This document shows, one piece after another, positions 1-15,000 of a stretch of DNA of 64,000 bases. Position numbers and translations under genes: made by a program. How positions within the stretch are numbered: position 1 is the stretch's first letter; every line of letters starts with the position of its first letter. This DNA is from Phyllobates terribilis (lineage: Eukaryota). The notes beneath the pieces were generated by a model. It was given only the letters and a program-made list of their open reading frames with translations. It had not been told where the DNA came from and made no database searches. The stretch is from positions 62,001 to 126,000 of the forward strand of contig NW_027364056.1 in NCBI RefSeq assembly GCF_046119375.1. Direction: 5' to 3'.

Positions 1-3000
1 TCTCCTTCACCATCTTGGCAGTGATTCTCCTTCACCATCTTGGCAGTGATTAGTTGATTCTCCTTCACCATCTTGGCAGTGATTAGTTGATTCTCCTTCA
101 CCATCTTGGCAGTGATTCTCCTTCACCATCTTGGCAGTGATTAGTTGATTCTCCTTCACCATCTTGGCAGTGATCAGTTGATTCTCCTTCACCATCTTGG
201 CAGTTATTTTCCTTCACCATCTTGGCAGTGATTAGTTGATTTTCCTTCACCATCTTGGCAGTGATTAGTTGATTCTCCTTCACCATCTTGGCAGTGATTA
301 GTTGATTCTCCTTCACCATCTTGGCAGTGATTAGTTGATTCTCCTTCACCATCTTGGCAGTGATTAGTTGATTCTCCTTCACCATCTTGGCAGTGATTAT
401 TTGATTCTCCTTCACCATCTTGGCAGTGATTAGTTGATTCTCCTTCACCATCTTGGCAGTGATTAGTTGATTCTCCTTCACCATCGTGGCAGTAATTAGT
501 TGATTCTCCTTCAACATCTTGCAGTGATTCTCCTTCACCATCTTGGCAGTGATTAGTTGATTCTCCTTCACCATCTTGGCAGTGATCAGTTGATTCTCCT
601 TCACCATCTTGGCAGTGATTTTCCTTCACCATCTTGGCAGTGATTAGTTGATTCTCCTTCACCATCTTGGCAGTGATTAGTTGATTCTCCTTCACCATCT
701 TGGCAGTGATTAGTTGATTCTCCTTCACCATCTTAGCAGTTATTAGTTGATTCTCCTTCACCATCTTGGCAGTGATTAGTTGATTCTCCTTCACCATCTT
801 GGCAGTGATTAGTTGATTCTCCTTCACCATCTTGGCAGTGATTAGTTGATTCTCCTTCACCATCTTAGCAGTTATTAGTTGATTCTCCTTCACCATCTTA
901 GCAGTTATTAGTTGATTCTCCTTCACCATCTTGGCAGTGATTTTCCTTCACCATCTTGGCAGTGATTAGTTGATTCTCCTTCACCATCTTGGCAGTGATT
1001 AGTTGATTCTCCTTCACCATCTTGGCAGTGATTAGTTGATTCTCCTTCACCATCTTGGCAGTGATTATTTGATTCTCCTTCACCATCTTGGCAGTGATTA
1101 GTTGATTCTCCTTCACCATCTTGGCAGTGATTCTCCTTCACCATCTTGGCAGTGATCAGTTGATTCTCCTTCACCATCTTGGCAGTGATTTTCCTTCACC
1201 ATCTTGGCAGTGATTAGTTGATTCTCCTTCACCATCTTGGCAGTGATTAGTTGATTCTCCTTCACCATCTTGGCAGTGATTAGTTGATTCTCCTTCACCA
1301 TCTTAGCAGTTATTAGTTGATTCTCCTTCACCATCTTGGCAGTGATTAGTTGATTCTCCTTCACCATCTTGGCAGTGATTCTCCTTCACCATCTTGGCAG
1401 TGATTAGTTGATTCTCCTTCACCATCTTGGCAGTGATTTGTTGATTCTCCTTCACCATCTTGGCAGTGATTCTCCTTCACCATCTTGGCAGTGATTAGTT
1501 GATTCTCCTTCACCATCTTGGCAGAGATTAGTTAATTCTCCTTCACCATCTTGGCAGTGATTAGTTGATTCTCCTTCACCATCTTGGCAGTGATTAGTTG
1601 ATTCTCCTTCACCATCTTGGCAGTGATTAGTTGATTCTCCTTCACCATCTTGGTAGTGATTCTCCTTCACCATCTTGGCAGTGATTAGTTGATTCTCCTT
1701 CACCATCTTGGCAGTGATTCTCCTTCACCATCTTGGCAGTGATTAGTTGATTCTCCTTCACCATCTTGGTAGTGATCAGTTGATTCTCCTTCACCATCTT
1801 GGCAGTTATTTTCCTTCACCATCTTGGCAGTGATTAGTTGATTTTCCTTCACCATCTTGTTAGTGATTAGTTGATTCTCCTTCACCATCTTGGCAGTGAT
1901 TAGTTGATTCTCCTTCACCATCTTGGCAGTGATTAGTTGATTCTCCTTCACCATCTTGGCATTGATCAATTGATTCTCCTTCACCATCTTGGCAGTGATT
2001 CTCCTTCACCATCTTGGCAGTGATTAGTTGATTCTCCTTCACCATCTTAGCAGTTATTAGTTGATTCTCCTTCACCATCTTGGCAGTGATTAGTTGATTC
2101 TCCTTCACCATCTTAGCAGTGATTCTCCTTCACCATCTTGGCAGTGATTAGTTGATTCTCCTTCACCATCTTGGCAGTGATTAATTGATTCTCCTTCACC
2201 ATCTTGGCAGTGATTCTCCTTCACCATCTTGGCAGTGATTAGTTGATTCTCCTTCACCATCTTGGCAGTGATTCTCCTTCACCATCTTGGCAGTGATTAG
2301 TTGATTCTCCTTCACCATCTTGGCAGTGATTAGTTGATTCTCCTTCACCATCTTGGCAGTGATTAGTTGATTCTCCTTCACCATCTTGGCAGTGATTCTA
2401 CTTCACCATCGTGGCAGTGATTAGTTGATTCTCCTTCACCATCTTGGCAGTGATTAGTTGATTCTCCTTCACCATCTTGGCAGTGATCAGTTGATTCTCC
2501 TTCACCATCGTGGCAGTGATCAGTTGATTCTCCTTCACCATCTTGGCAGTGATTAGTTGATTCTCCTTCACCATCTTGGCAGTGATCAGTTGATTCTCCT
2601 TCACCATCTTGGCAGTGATCAGTTGATTCTCCTTCACCATCTTGGCAGTGATTAGTTGATTCTCCTTCACCATCTTGGCAGTGATCAGTTCATTCTCCTT
2701 CACCATCGTGGCAGTGATTAGTTGATTCTCCTTCACCATCTTGGCAGTGATTATTTGATTCTCCTTCACCATCTTGGCAGTGATCAATTGATTCTCCTTC
2801 ACCATCTTGGCAGTGATTCTCCTTCACCATCTTGGCAGTGATTAGTTGATTCTCCTTCACCATCTTGGCAGTGATTAGTTGATTCTCCTTCACCATCTTG
2901 GCAGTGATTCTCCTTCACCATCTTGGCAGTGATTAGTTGATTCTCCTTCACCATCTTGGCAGTGATCAGTTGATTCTCCTTCACCATCTTGGCAGTGATT

Positions 3001-6000
3001 TTCCTTCACCATCTTGTTAGTGATTAGTTGATTCTCCTTCACCATCTTGGCAGTGATTAGTTGATTCTCCTTCACCATCTTGGCAGTGATTAGTTGATTC
3101 TCCTTCACCATCTTGGCAGTGATTAGTTGATTCTCCTTCACCATCTTGGCAGTGATTAGTTGATTCTCCTTCACCATCTTGGCAGTGATTAGTTGATTTT
3201 CCTTCACCATCTTGGCAGAGATTCTCCTTCACCATCTTGGCAGTGATTAGTTGATTCTCCTTCACCATCTTGGCAGTGATTAGTTGATTCTCCTTCACCA
3301 TCTTGGCAGTGATTAGTTGATTCTCCTTCACCATCTTGGCAGTGATTAGTTGATTTTCCTTCACCATCTTGGCAGTGATTCTCCTTCACGATCTTGGCAG
3401 TGATTAGTTGATTCTCCTTCACCATCGTGGCAGTAATTAGTTGATTCTCCTTCAACATCTTGGCAGTGATTCTCCTTCACCATCTTGGCAGTGATTAGTT
3501 GATTCTCCTTCACCATCTTGGCAGTGATCAGTTGATTCTCCTTCACCATCTTGGCAGTGATTTTCCTTCACCATCTTGGCAGTGATTAGTTGATTCTCCT
3601 TCACCATCTTGGCAGTGATTAGTTGATTCTCCTTCACCATCTTGGCAGTGATTAGTTGATTCTCCTTCACCATCTTAGCAGTTATTAGTTGATTCTCCTT
3701 CACCATCTTGGCAGTGATTAGTTGATTCTCCTTCACCATCTTGGCAGTGATTCTCCTTCACCATCTTGGCAGTGATTAGTTGATTCTCCTTCACCATCTT
3801 GGCAGTGATTTGTTGATTCTCCTTCACCATCTTGGCAGTGATTCTCCTTCACCATCTTGGCAGTGATTAGTTGATTCTCCTTCACCATCTTGGCAGAGAT
3901 TAGTTAATTTTCCTTCACCATCTTGGCAGTGATTAGTTGATTCTCCTTCACCATCTTGGCAGTGATTGGTTGATTCTCCTTCACCATCTTGGCAGTGATT
4001 AGTTGATTCTCCTTCACCATCTTGGCAGTGATTCTCCTTCACCATCTTGGCAGTGATTAGTTGATTCTCCTTCACCATCTTGGCAGTGATTAGTTGATTC
4101 TCCTTCACCATCTTGGCAGTGATTCTCCATCACCATCTTGGCAGTGATTAGTTGATTCTCCTTCACCATCTTGGCAGTGATCAGTTGATTCTCCTTCACC
4201 ATCTTGGCAGTTATTTTCCTTCACCATCTTGGCAGTGATTAGTTGATTTTCCTTCACCATCTTGGCATTGATTAGTTGATTCTCCTTCACCATCTTGGCA
4301 GTGATTAGTTGATTCTCCTTCACCATCTTGGCAGTGATTAGTTGATTCTCCTTCACCATCTTGGCAGTGATTAGTTGATTCTCCTTCACCATCTTGGCAG
4401 TGATTATTTGATTCTCCTTCACCATCTTGGCAGTGATTAGTTGATTCTCCTTCACCATCTTGGCAGTGATTAGTTGATTCTCCTTCACCATCGTGGCAGT
4501 AATTAGTTGATTCTCCTTCAACATCTTGGCAGTGATTCTCCTTCACCATCTTGGCAGTGATTAGTTGATTCTCCTTCACCATCTTGGCAGTGATCAGTTG
4601 ATTCTCCTTCACCATCTTGGCAGTGATTTTCCTTCACCATCTTGGCAGTGATTAGTTGATTCTCCTTCACCATCTTGGCAGTGATTAGTTGATTCTCCTT
4701 CACCATCTTGGCAGTGATTAGTTGATTCTCCTTCACCATCTTAGCAGTTATTAGTTGATTCTCCTTCACCATCTTGGCAGTGATTAGTTGATTCTCCTTC
4801 ACCATCTTGGCAGTGATTCTCCTTCACCATCTTGGCAGTGATTAGTTGATTCTCCTTCACCATCTTGGCAGTGATTTGTTGATTCTCCTTCACCATCTTG
4901 GCAGTGATTCTCCTTCACCATCTTGGCAGTGATTAGTTGATTCTCCTTCACCATCTTGGCAGAGATTAGTTAATTCTCCTTCACCATCTTGGCAGTGATT
5001 AGTTGATTCTCCTTCACCATCTTGGCAGTGATTAGTTGATTCTCCTTCACCATCTTGGCAGTGATTAGTTGATTCTCCTTCACCATCTTGGCAGTGATTC
5101 TCCTTCACCATCTTGGCAGTGATTAGTTGATTCTCCTTCACCATCTTTACAGTGATTAGTTGATTCTCCTTCACCATCTTGGCAGTGATTCTCCTTCACC
5201 ATCTTGGCAGTGATTAGTTGATTCTCCTTCACCATCTTGGCAGTGATCAGTTGATTCTCCTTCACCATCTTGGCAGTTATTTTCCTTCACCATCTTGGCA
5301 GTGATTAGTTGATTTTCCTTCACCATCTTGGCAGTGATTAGTTGATTCTCCTTCACCATCTTGGCAGTGATTAGTTGATTCTCCTTCACCATCTTGGCAG
5401 TGATTAGTTGATTCTCCTTCACCATCTTGGCAGTGATTAGTTGATTCTCCTTCACCATCTTGGCAGTGATTATTTGATTCTCCTTCACCATCTTGGCAGT
5501 GATTAGTTGATTCTCCTTCACCATCTTGGCAGTGATTCTCCTTCACCATCTTGGCAGTGATCAGTTGATTCTCCTTCACCATCTTGGCAGTGATTTTCCT
5601 TCACCATCTTGGCAGTGATTAGTTGATTCTCCTTCACCATCTTGGCAGTGATTAGTTGATTCTCCTTCACCATCTTGGCAGTGATTAGTTGATTCTCCTT
5701 CACCATCTTAGCAGTTATTAGTTGATTCTCCTTCACCATCTTGGCAGTGATTAGTTGATTCTCCTTCACCATCTTGGCAGTGATTCTCCTTCACCATCTT
5801 GGCAGTGATTAGTTGATTCTCCTTCACCATCTTGGCAGTGATTTGTTGATTCTCCTTCACCATCTTGGCAGTGATTCTCCTTCACCATCTTGGCAGTGAT
5901 TAGTTGATTCTCCTTCACCATCTTGGCAGAGATTAGTTAATTCTCCTTCACCATCTTGGCAGTGATTAGTTGATTCTCCTTCACCATCTTGGCAGTGATT

Positions 6001-9000
6001 AGTTGATTCTCCTTCACCATCTTGGCAGTGATTAGTTGATTCTCCTTCACCATCTTGGCAGTGATTCTCCTTCACCATCTTGGCAGTGATTAGTTGATTC
6101 TCCTTCACCATCTTGGCAGTGATTAGTTGATTCTCCTTCACCATCTTGGCAGTGATTCTCCTTCACCATCTTGGCAGTGATTAGTTGATTCTCCTTCACC
6201 ATCTTGGCAGTGATCAGTTGATTCTCCTTCACCATCTTGGCAGTTATTTTCCTTCACCATCTTGGCAGTGATTAGTTGATTTTCCTTCACCATCTTGGCA
6301 GTGATTAGTTGATTCTCCTTCACCATCTTGGCAGTGATTAGTTGATTCTCCTTCACCATCTTGGCAGTGATTAGTTGATTCTCCTTCACCATCTTGGCAG
6401 TGATTAGTTGATTCTCCTTCACTATCTTGGCAGTGATTATTTGATTCTCCTTCACCATCTTGGCAGTGATTAGTTGATTCTCCTTCACCATCTTGGCAGT
6501 GATTAGTTGATTCTCCTTCACCATCGTGGCAGTAATTAGTTGATTCTCCTTCAACATCTTGCAGTGATTCTCCTTCACCATCTTGGCAGTGATTAGTTGA
6601 TTCTCCTTCACCATCTTGGCAGTGATCAGTTGATTCTCCTTCACCATCTTGGCAGTGATTTTCCTTCACCATCTTGGCAGTGATTAGTTGATTCTCCTTC
6701 ACCATCTTGGCAGTGATTAGTTGATTCTCCTTCACCATCTTGGCAGTGATTAGTTGATTCTCCTTCACCATCTTAGCAGTTATTAGTTGATTCTCCTTCA
6801 CCATCTTGGCAGTGATTAGTTGATTCTCCTTCACCATCTTGGCAGTGATTAGTTGATTCTCCTTCACCATCTTGGCAGTGATTAGTTGATTCTCCTTCAC
6901 CATCTTAGCAGTTATTAGTTGATTCTCCTTCACCATCTTAGCAGTTATTAGTTGATTCTCCTTCACCATCTTGGCAGTGATTTTCCTTCACCATCTTGGC
7001 AGTGATTAGTTGATTCTCCTTCACCATCTTGGCAGTGATTAGTTGATTCTCCTTCACCATCTTGGCAGTGATTAGTTGATTCTCCTTCACCATCTTGGCA
7101 GTGATTATTTGATTCTCCTTCACCATCTTGGCAGTGATTAGTTGATTCTCCTTCACCATCTTGGCAGTGATTCTCCTTCACCATCTTGGCAGTGATCAGT
7201 TGATTCTCCTTCACCATCTTGGCAGTGATTTTCCTTCACCATCTTGGCAGTGATTAGTTGATTCTCCTTCACCATCTTGGCAGTGATTAGTTGATTCTCC
7301 TTCACCATCTTGGCAGTGATTAGTTGATTCTCCTTCACCATCTTAGCAGTTATTAGTTGATTCTCCTTCACCATCTTGGCAGTGATTAGTTGATTCTCCT
7401 TCACCATCTTGGCAGTGATTCTCCTTCACCATCTTGGCAGTGATTAGTTGATTCTCCTTCACCATCTTGGCAGTGATTTGTTGATTCTCCTTCACCATCT
7501 TGGCAGTGATTCTCCTTCACCATCTTGGCAGTGATTAGTTGATTCTCCTTCACCATCTTGGCAGAGATTAGTTAATTCTCCTTCACCATCTTGGCAGTGA
7601 TTAGTTGATTCTCCTTCACCATCTTGGCAGTGATTAGTTGATTCTCCTTCACCATCTTGGCAGTGATTAGTTGATTCTCCTTCACCATCTTGGTAGTGAT
7701 TCTCCTTCACCATCTTGGCAGTGATTAGTTGATTCTCCTTCACCATCTTGGCAGTGATTAGTTGATTCTCCTTCACCATCTTGGCAGTGATTCTCCTTCA
7801 CCATCTTGGCAGTGATTAGTTGATTCTCCTTCACCATCTTGGTAGTGATCAGTTGATTCTCCTTCACCATCTTGGCAGTTATTTTCCTTCACCATCTTGG
7901 CAGTGATTAGTTGATTTTCCTTCACCATCTTGTTAGTGATTAGTTGATTCTCCTTCACCATCTTGGCAGTGATTAGTTGATTCTCCTTCACCATCTTGGC
8001 AGTGATTAGTTGATTCTCCTTCACCATCTTGGCAGTGATTAGTTGATTCTCCTTCACCATCTTGGCAGTGATTATTTGATTCTCCTTCACCATCTTGGCA
8101 GTGATTAGTTGATTCTCCTTCACCATCTTGGCAGTGATTAGTTGATTCTCCTTCACCATCGTGGCAGTAATTAGTTGATTCTCCTTCAACATCTTGGCAG
8201 TGATTCTCCTTCACCATCTTGGCAGTGATTAGTTGATTCTCCTTCACCATCTTGGCAGTGATCAGTTGATTCTCCTTCACCATCTTGGCAGTGATTTTCC
8301 TTCACCATCTTGGCAGTGATTAGTTGATTCTCCTTCACCATCTTGGCAGTGATTAGTTGATTCTCCTTCACCATCTTGGCAGTGATTAGTTGATTCTCCT
8401 TCACCATCTTAGCAGTTATTAGTTGATTCTCCTTCACCATCTTGGCAGTGATTAGTTGATTCTCCTTCACCATCTTGGCAGTGATTCTCCTTCACCATCT
8501 TGGCAGTGATTTTCCTTCACCATCTTGGCAGTCATTAGTTGATTCTCCTTCACCATCTTGGCAGTGATTAGTTGATTCTCCTTCACCATCTTGGCAGTGA
8601 TTAGTTGATTCTCCTTCACCATCTTAGCAGTTATTAGTTGATTCTCCTTCACCATCTTGGCAGTGATTAGTTGATTCTCCTTCACCATCTTGGCAGTGAT
8701 TCTCCTTCACCATCTTGGCAGTGATTAGTTGATTCTCCTTCACCATCTTGGCAGTAATTAGTTGATTCTCCTTCAACATCTTGGCAGTGATTCTCCTTCA
8801 CCATCTTGGCAGTGATTAGTTGATTCTCCTTCACCATCTTGGCAGTGATCAGTTGATTCTCCTTCACCATCTTGGCAGTGATTTTCCTTCACCATCTTGG
8901 CAGTGATTAGTTGATTCTCCTTCACCATCTTGGCAGTGATTAGTTGATTCTCCTTCACCATCTTGGCAGTGATTATTTGATTCTCCTTCACCATCTTAGC

Positions 9001-12000
9001 AGTTATTAGTTGATTCTCCTTCACCATCTTGGCAGTGATTAGTTGATTCTCCTTCACCATCTTGGCAGTGATTCTCCTTCACCATCTTGGCAGTGATTTT
9101 CCTTCACCATCTTGGCAGTGATTAGTTGATTCTCCTTCACCATCTTGGCAGTGATTAGTTGATTCTCCTTCACCATCTTGGCAGTGATTAGTTGATTCTC
9201 CTTCACCATCTTAGCAGTTATTAGTTGATTCTCCTTCACCATCTTGGCAGTGATTAGTTGATTCTCCTTCACCATCTTGGCAGTGATTCTCCTTCACCAT
9301 CTTGGCAGTGATTAGTTGATTCTCCTTCACCATCTTGGCAGTGATTTGTTGATTCTCCTTCACCATCTTGGCAGTGATTCTCCTTCACCATCTTGGCAGT
9401 GATTAGTTGATTCTCCTTCACCATCTTGGCAGAGATTAGTTAATTCTCCTTCACCATCTTGGCAGTGATTAGTTGATTCTCCTTCACCATCTTGGCAGTG
9501 ATTAGTTGATTCTCCTTCACCATCTTGGCAGTGATTAGTTGATTCTCCTTCACCATCTTGGCAGTGATTCTCCTTCACCATCTTGGCAGTGATTAGTTGA
9601 TTCTCCTTCACCATCTTGGCAGTGATTAGTTGATTCTCCTTCACCATCTTGGCAGTGATTCTCCTTCACCATCTTGGCAGTGATTAGTTGATTCTCCTTC
9701 ACCATCTTGGCAGTGATCAGTTGATTCTCCTTCACCATCTTGGCAGTTATTTTCCTTCACCATCTTGGCAGTGATTAGTTGATTTTCCTTCACCATCTTG
9801 GCAGTGATTAGTTGATTCTCCTTCACCATCTTGGCAGTGATTAGTTGATTCTCCTTCACCATCTTGGCAGTGATTAGTTGATTCTCCTTCACCATCTTGG
9901 CAGTGATTATTTGATTCTCCTTCACCATCTCGGCAGTGATTAGTTGATTCTCCTTCACCATCTTGGCAGTGATTCTCCTTCACCATCTTGGCAGTGATTA
10001 GTTGATTCTCCTTCACCATCTTGGCAGTGATTCTCCTTCACCATCTTGGCAGTGATTAGTTGATTCTCCTTCACCATCTTGGCAGTGATTAGTTGATTCT
10101 CCTTCACCATCTTGGCAGTGATTAGTTGATTCTCCTTCACCATCTTGGCAGTGATTAGTTGATTCTCCTTCACCATCTTGGCAGTGATTAGTTGATTCTC
10201 CTTCACCATCTTGGCAGTGATTCTCCTTCACCATCTTGGCAGTGATTAGTTGATTCTCCTTCACCATCTTGGCAGTGATTAGTTGATTCTCCTTCACCAT
10301 CTTGGCAGTGATTCTCCTTCACCATCTTGGCAGTGATTAGTTGATTCTCCTTCACCATCTTGGCAGTAATTAGTTGATTCTCCTTCACCATCTTGGCAGT
10401 GATTCTCCTTCACCATCTTGGCAGTGATTAGTTGATTCTCCTTCACCATCTTGGCAGTGATGAGTTGATTCTCCTTCACCATCTTGGCAGTGATTTGACT
10501 TCACCATCTTGGCAGTGATTAGTTGATTCTCCTTCACCATCTTGGCAGTGATTAGTTGATTCTCCTTCACCATCTTGGCAGTGATTAGTTGATTCTCCTT
10601 CACCATCTTGGCAGTGATTAGTTGATTCTCCTTCACCATCTTAGCAGTTATTAGTTGATTCTCCTTCACCATCTTGGCAGTGATTAGTTGATTCTCCTTC
10701 ACCATCTTGGCAGTGATTCTCCTTCACCATCTTGGCAGTGATTTTCCTTCACCATCTTGGCAGTCATTAGTTGATTCTCCTTCACCATCTTGGCAGTGAT
10801 TAGTTGATTCTCCTTCACCATCTTGGCAGTGATTAGTTGATTCTCCTTCACCATCTTAGCAGTTATTAGTTGATTCTCCTTCACCATCTTGGCAGTGATT
10901 AGTTGATTCTCCTTCACCATCTTGGCAGTGATTCTCCTTCACCATCTTGGCAGTGATTAGTTGATTCTCCTTCACCATCTTGGCAGTAATTAGTTGATTC
11001 TCCTTCAACATCTTGGCAGTGATTCTCCTTCACCATCTTGGCAGTGATTAGTTGATTCTCCTTCACCATCTTGGCAGTGATCAGTTGATTCTCCTTCACC
11101 ATCTTGGCAGTGATTTTCCTTCACCATCTTGGCAGTGATTAGTTGATTCTCCTTCACCATCTTGGCAGTGATTAGTTGATTCTCCTTCACCATCTTGGCA
11201 GTGATTATTTGATTCTCCTTCACCATCTTAGCAGTTATTAGTTGATTCTCCTTCACCATCTTGGCAGTGATTAGTTGATTCTCCTTCACCATCTTGGCAG
11301 TGATTCTCCTTCACCATCTTGGCAGTGATTTTCCTTCACCATCTTGGCAGTGATTAGTTGATTCTCCTTCACCATCTTGGCAGTGATTAGTTGATTCTCC
11401 TTCACCATCTTGGCAGTGATTAGTTGATTCTCCTTCACCATCTTAGCAGTTATTAGTTGATTCTCCTTCACCATCTTGGCAGTGATTAGTTGATTCTCCT
11501 TCACCATCTTGGCAGTGATTCTCCTTCACCATCTTGGCAGTGATTAGTTGATTCTCCTTCACCATCTTGGCAGTGATTTGTTGATTCTCCTTCACCATCT
11601 TGGCAGTGATTCTCCTTCACCATCTTGGCAGTGATTAGTTGATTCTCCTTCACCATCTTGGCAGAGATTAGTTAATTCTCCTTCACCATCTTGGCAGTGA
11701 TTAGTTGATTCTCCTTCACCATCTTGGCAGTGATTAGTTGATTCTCCTTCACCATCTTGGCAGTGATTAGTTGATTCTCCTTCACCATCTTGGCAGTGAT
11801 TCTCCTTCACCATCTTGGCAGTGATTAGTTGATTCTCCTTCACCATCTTGGCAGTGATTAGTTGATTCTCCTTCACCATCTTGGCAGTGATTCTCCTTCA
11901 CCATCTTGGCAGTGATTAGTTGATTCTCCTTCACCATCTTGGCAGTGATCAGTTGATTCTCCTTCACCATCTTGGCAGTTATTTTCCTTCACCATCTTGG

Positions 12001-15000
12001 CAGTGATTAGTTGATTTTCCTTCACCATCTTGGCAGTGATTAGTTGATTCTCCTTCACCATCTTGGCAGTGATTAGTTGATTCTCCTTCACCATCTTGGC
12101 AGTGATTAGTTGATTCTCCTTCACCATCTTGGCAGTGATTATTTGATTCTCCTTCACCATCTCGGCAGTGATTAGTTGATTCTCCTTCACCATCTTGGCA
12201 GTGATTCTCCTTCACCATCTTGGCAGTGATTAGTTGATTCTCCTTCACCATCTTGGCAGTGATTCTCCTTCACCATCTTGGCAGTGATTAGTTGATTCTC
12301 CTTCACCATCTTGGCAGTGATTAGTTGATTCTCCTTCACCATCTTGGCAGTGATTAGTTGATTCTCCTTCACCATCTTGGCAGTGATTAGTTGATTCTCC
12401 TTCACCATCTTGGCAGTGATTAGTTGATTCTCCTTCACCATCTTGGCAGTGATTCTCCTTCACCATCTTGGCAGTGATTAGTTGATTCTCCTTCACCATC
12501 TTGGCAGTGATTAGTTGATTCTCCTTCACCATCTTGGCAGTGATTCTCCTTCACCATCTTGGCAGTGATTAGTTGATTCTCCTTCACCATCTTGGCAGTA
12601 ATTAGTTGATTCTCCTTCACCATCTTGGCAGTGATTCTCCTTCACCATCTTGGCAGTGATTAGTTGATTCTCCTTCACCATCTTGGCAGTGATGAGTTGA
12701 TTCTCCTTCACCATCTTGGCAGTGATTTGACTTCACCATCTTGGCAGTGATTAGTTGATTCTCCTTCACCATCTTGGCAGTGATTAGTTGATTCTCCTTC
12801 ACCATCTTGGCAGTGATTAGTTGATTCTCCTTCACCATCTTGACAGTGATTAGTTGATTCTCCTTCACCATCTTGGCAGTGATTAGTTGATTCTCCTTCA
12901 CCATCTTGGCAGTGATTATTTGATTCTCCTTCACCATCTTGGCAGTGATTAGTTGATTCTCCTTCACCATCTTGGCAGTGATTAGTTGATTCTCCTTCAC
13001 CATCTTGGCAGTGATTAGTTGATTCTCCTTCACCATCTTGGCAGTGATTCTCCTTCACCATCTTGGTAGTGATTAGTTGATTCTCCTTCACCATCTTGGC
13101 AGTGATTAGTTGATTCTCCTTCACCATCTTGGCAGTGATTCTCCTTCACCATCTTGGCAGTGATTAGTTGATTCTCCTTCACCATCTTGGCAGTGATTAG
13201 TTGATTCTCCTTCACTATCTTGGCAGTGATTAGTTGATTCTCCTTCACCATCTTGGCAGTGATTAGTTGATTGTCCTTCACCATCTTGTCAGTGATTAGT
13301 TGATTCTCCTTCACCATCTTGGCAGTGATTAGTTGATTCTCCTTCACCATCTTGGCAGTGATTCTCCTTCACCATCTTGGCAGTGATTAGTTGATTCTCC
13401 TTCACCATCTTGGCAGTGATTAGTTGATTCTCCTTCACCATCTTGGCAGTGATTCTCCTTCACCATCTTGGCAGTGATTAGTTGATTCTCCTTCACCATC
13501 TTGGCAGTGATTAGTTGATTCTCCTTCACCATCTTGGCAGTGATTAGTTGATTCTCCTTCACCATCTTGGCAGTGATTAGTTGATTCTCCTTCACCATCT
13601 TGGCAGTGATTAGTTGATTCTCCTTCACCATCTTGGCAGTGATTCTCCTTCACCATCTTGGCAGTCATTAGTTGATTCTGCTTCACCATCTTGGCAGTGA
13701 TTAGTTGATTCTCCTTCACCATCTTGGCAGTGATTAGTTGATTCTCCTTCACTATCCTGGCAGTGATTAGTTGATTCTCCTTCACCATCTTGGCAGTGAT
13801 TAGTTAATTCTCCTTCACCATCTTGGCAGTGATTAGTTGATTCTCCTTCACCATCTTGGCAGTGATTAGTTGATTCTCCTTCACCATCTTGGCAGTGATC
13901 AGTTGATTCTCCTTCACCATCTTGGCAGTGATTTTCCTTCACCATCTTGGCAGTGATTAGTTGATTTTCCTTCACCATCTTGGCAGTGATTAGTTGATTC
14001 TCCTTCACCATCTTGGCAGTGATTAGTTGATTCTCCTTCACCATCTTTGAAGTGATTAGTTGATTCTCCTTCACCATCTTGGCAGTGATTAGTTGATTCT
14101 CCTTCACCATCTTGGCAGTGATTAGTTGATTCTCCTTCACCATCTTGGCAGTGATTAGTTGATTCTCCTTCACCATCTTGGCAGTGATTCTCCTTCACCA
14201 TCTTGGCAGTGATTAGTTGATTCTCCTTCACCATCTTGGCAGTGATTAGTTGATTCTCCTTCACCATGTTGGCAGTGATTCTCCTTCACCATCTTGGCAG
14301 TGATTAGTTGATTCTCCTTCACCATCTTGGCAGTAATTAGTTGATTCTCCTTCACCATCTTGGCAGTGATTCTCCTTCACCATCTTGGCAGTGATTAGTT
14401 GATTCTCCTTCACCATCTTGGCAGTGATCAGTTGATTCTCCTTCACCATCTTGGCAGTGATTTTCCTTCACCATCTTGGCAGTGATTAGTTGATTCTCCT
14501 TCACCATCTTGGCAGTGATTAGTTGATTCTCCTTCACCATCTTGGCAGTGATTAGTTGATTCTCCTTCACCATCTTGGCAGTGATTAGTTGATTCTCCTT
14601 CACCATCTTGGCAGTGATTAGTTGATTCTCCTTCACCATCTTGGCAGTGATTAGTTGATTCTCCTTCACCATCTTGGCAGTGATAAGTTGATTCTCCTTC
14701 ACCATCTTGGCAGTGATTCTCCTTCACCATCTTGGCAGTGATTAGTTGATTCTCCTTCACCATCTTGGCAGTGATTAGTTGATTCTCCTTCACCATCTTG
14801 GCAGTGATTCTCCTTCACCATCTTGGCAGTGATTAGTTGATTCTCCTTCACCATCTTGGCAGTGATCAGTTGATTCTCCTTCACCATCTTGGCAGTGATT
14901 TTCCTTCACCATCTTGGCAGTGATTAGTTGATTTTCCTTCACCATCTTGGCAGTGATTAATTGATTCTCCTTCACCATCTTGGCAGTGATTAGTTGATTC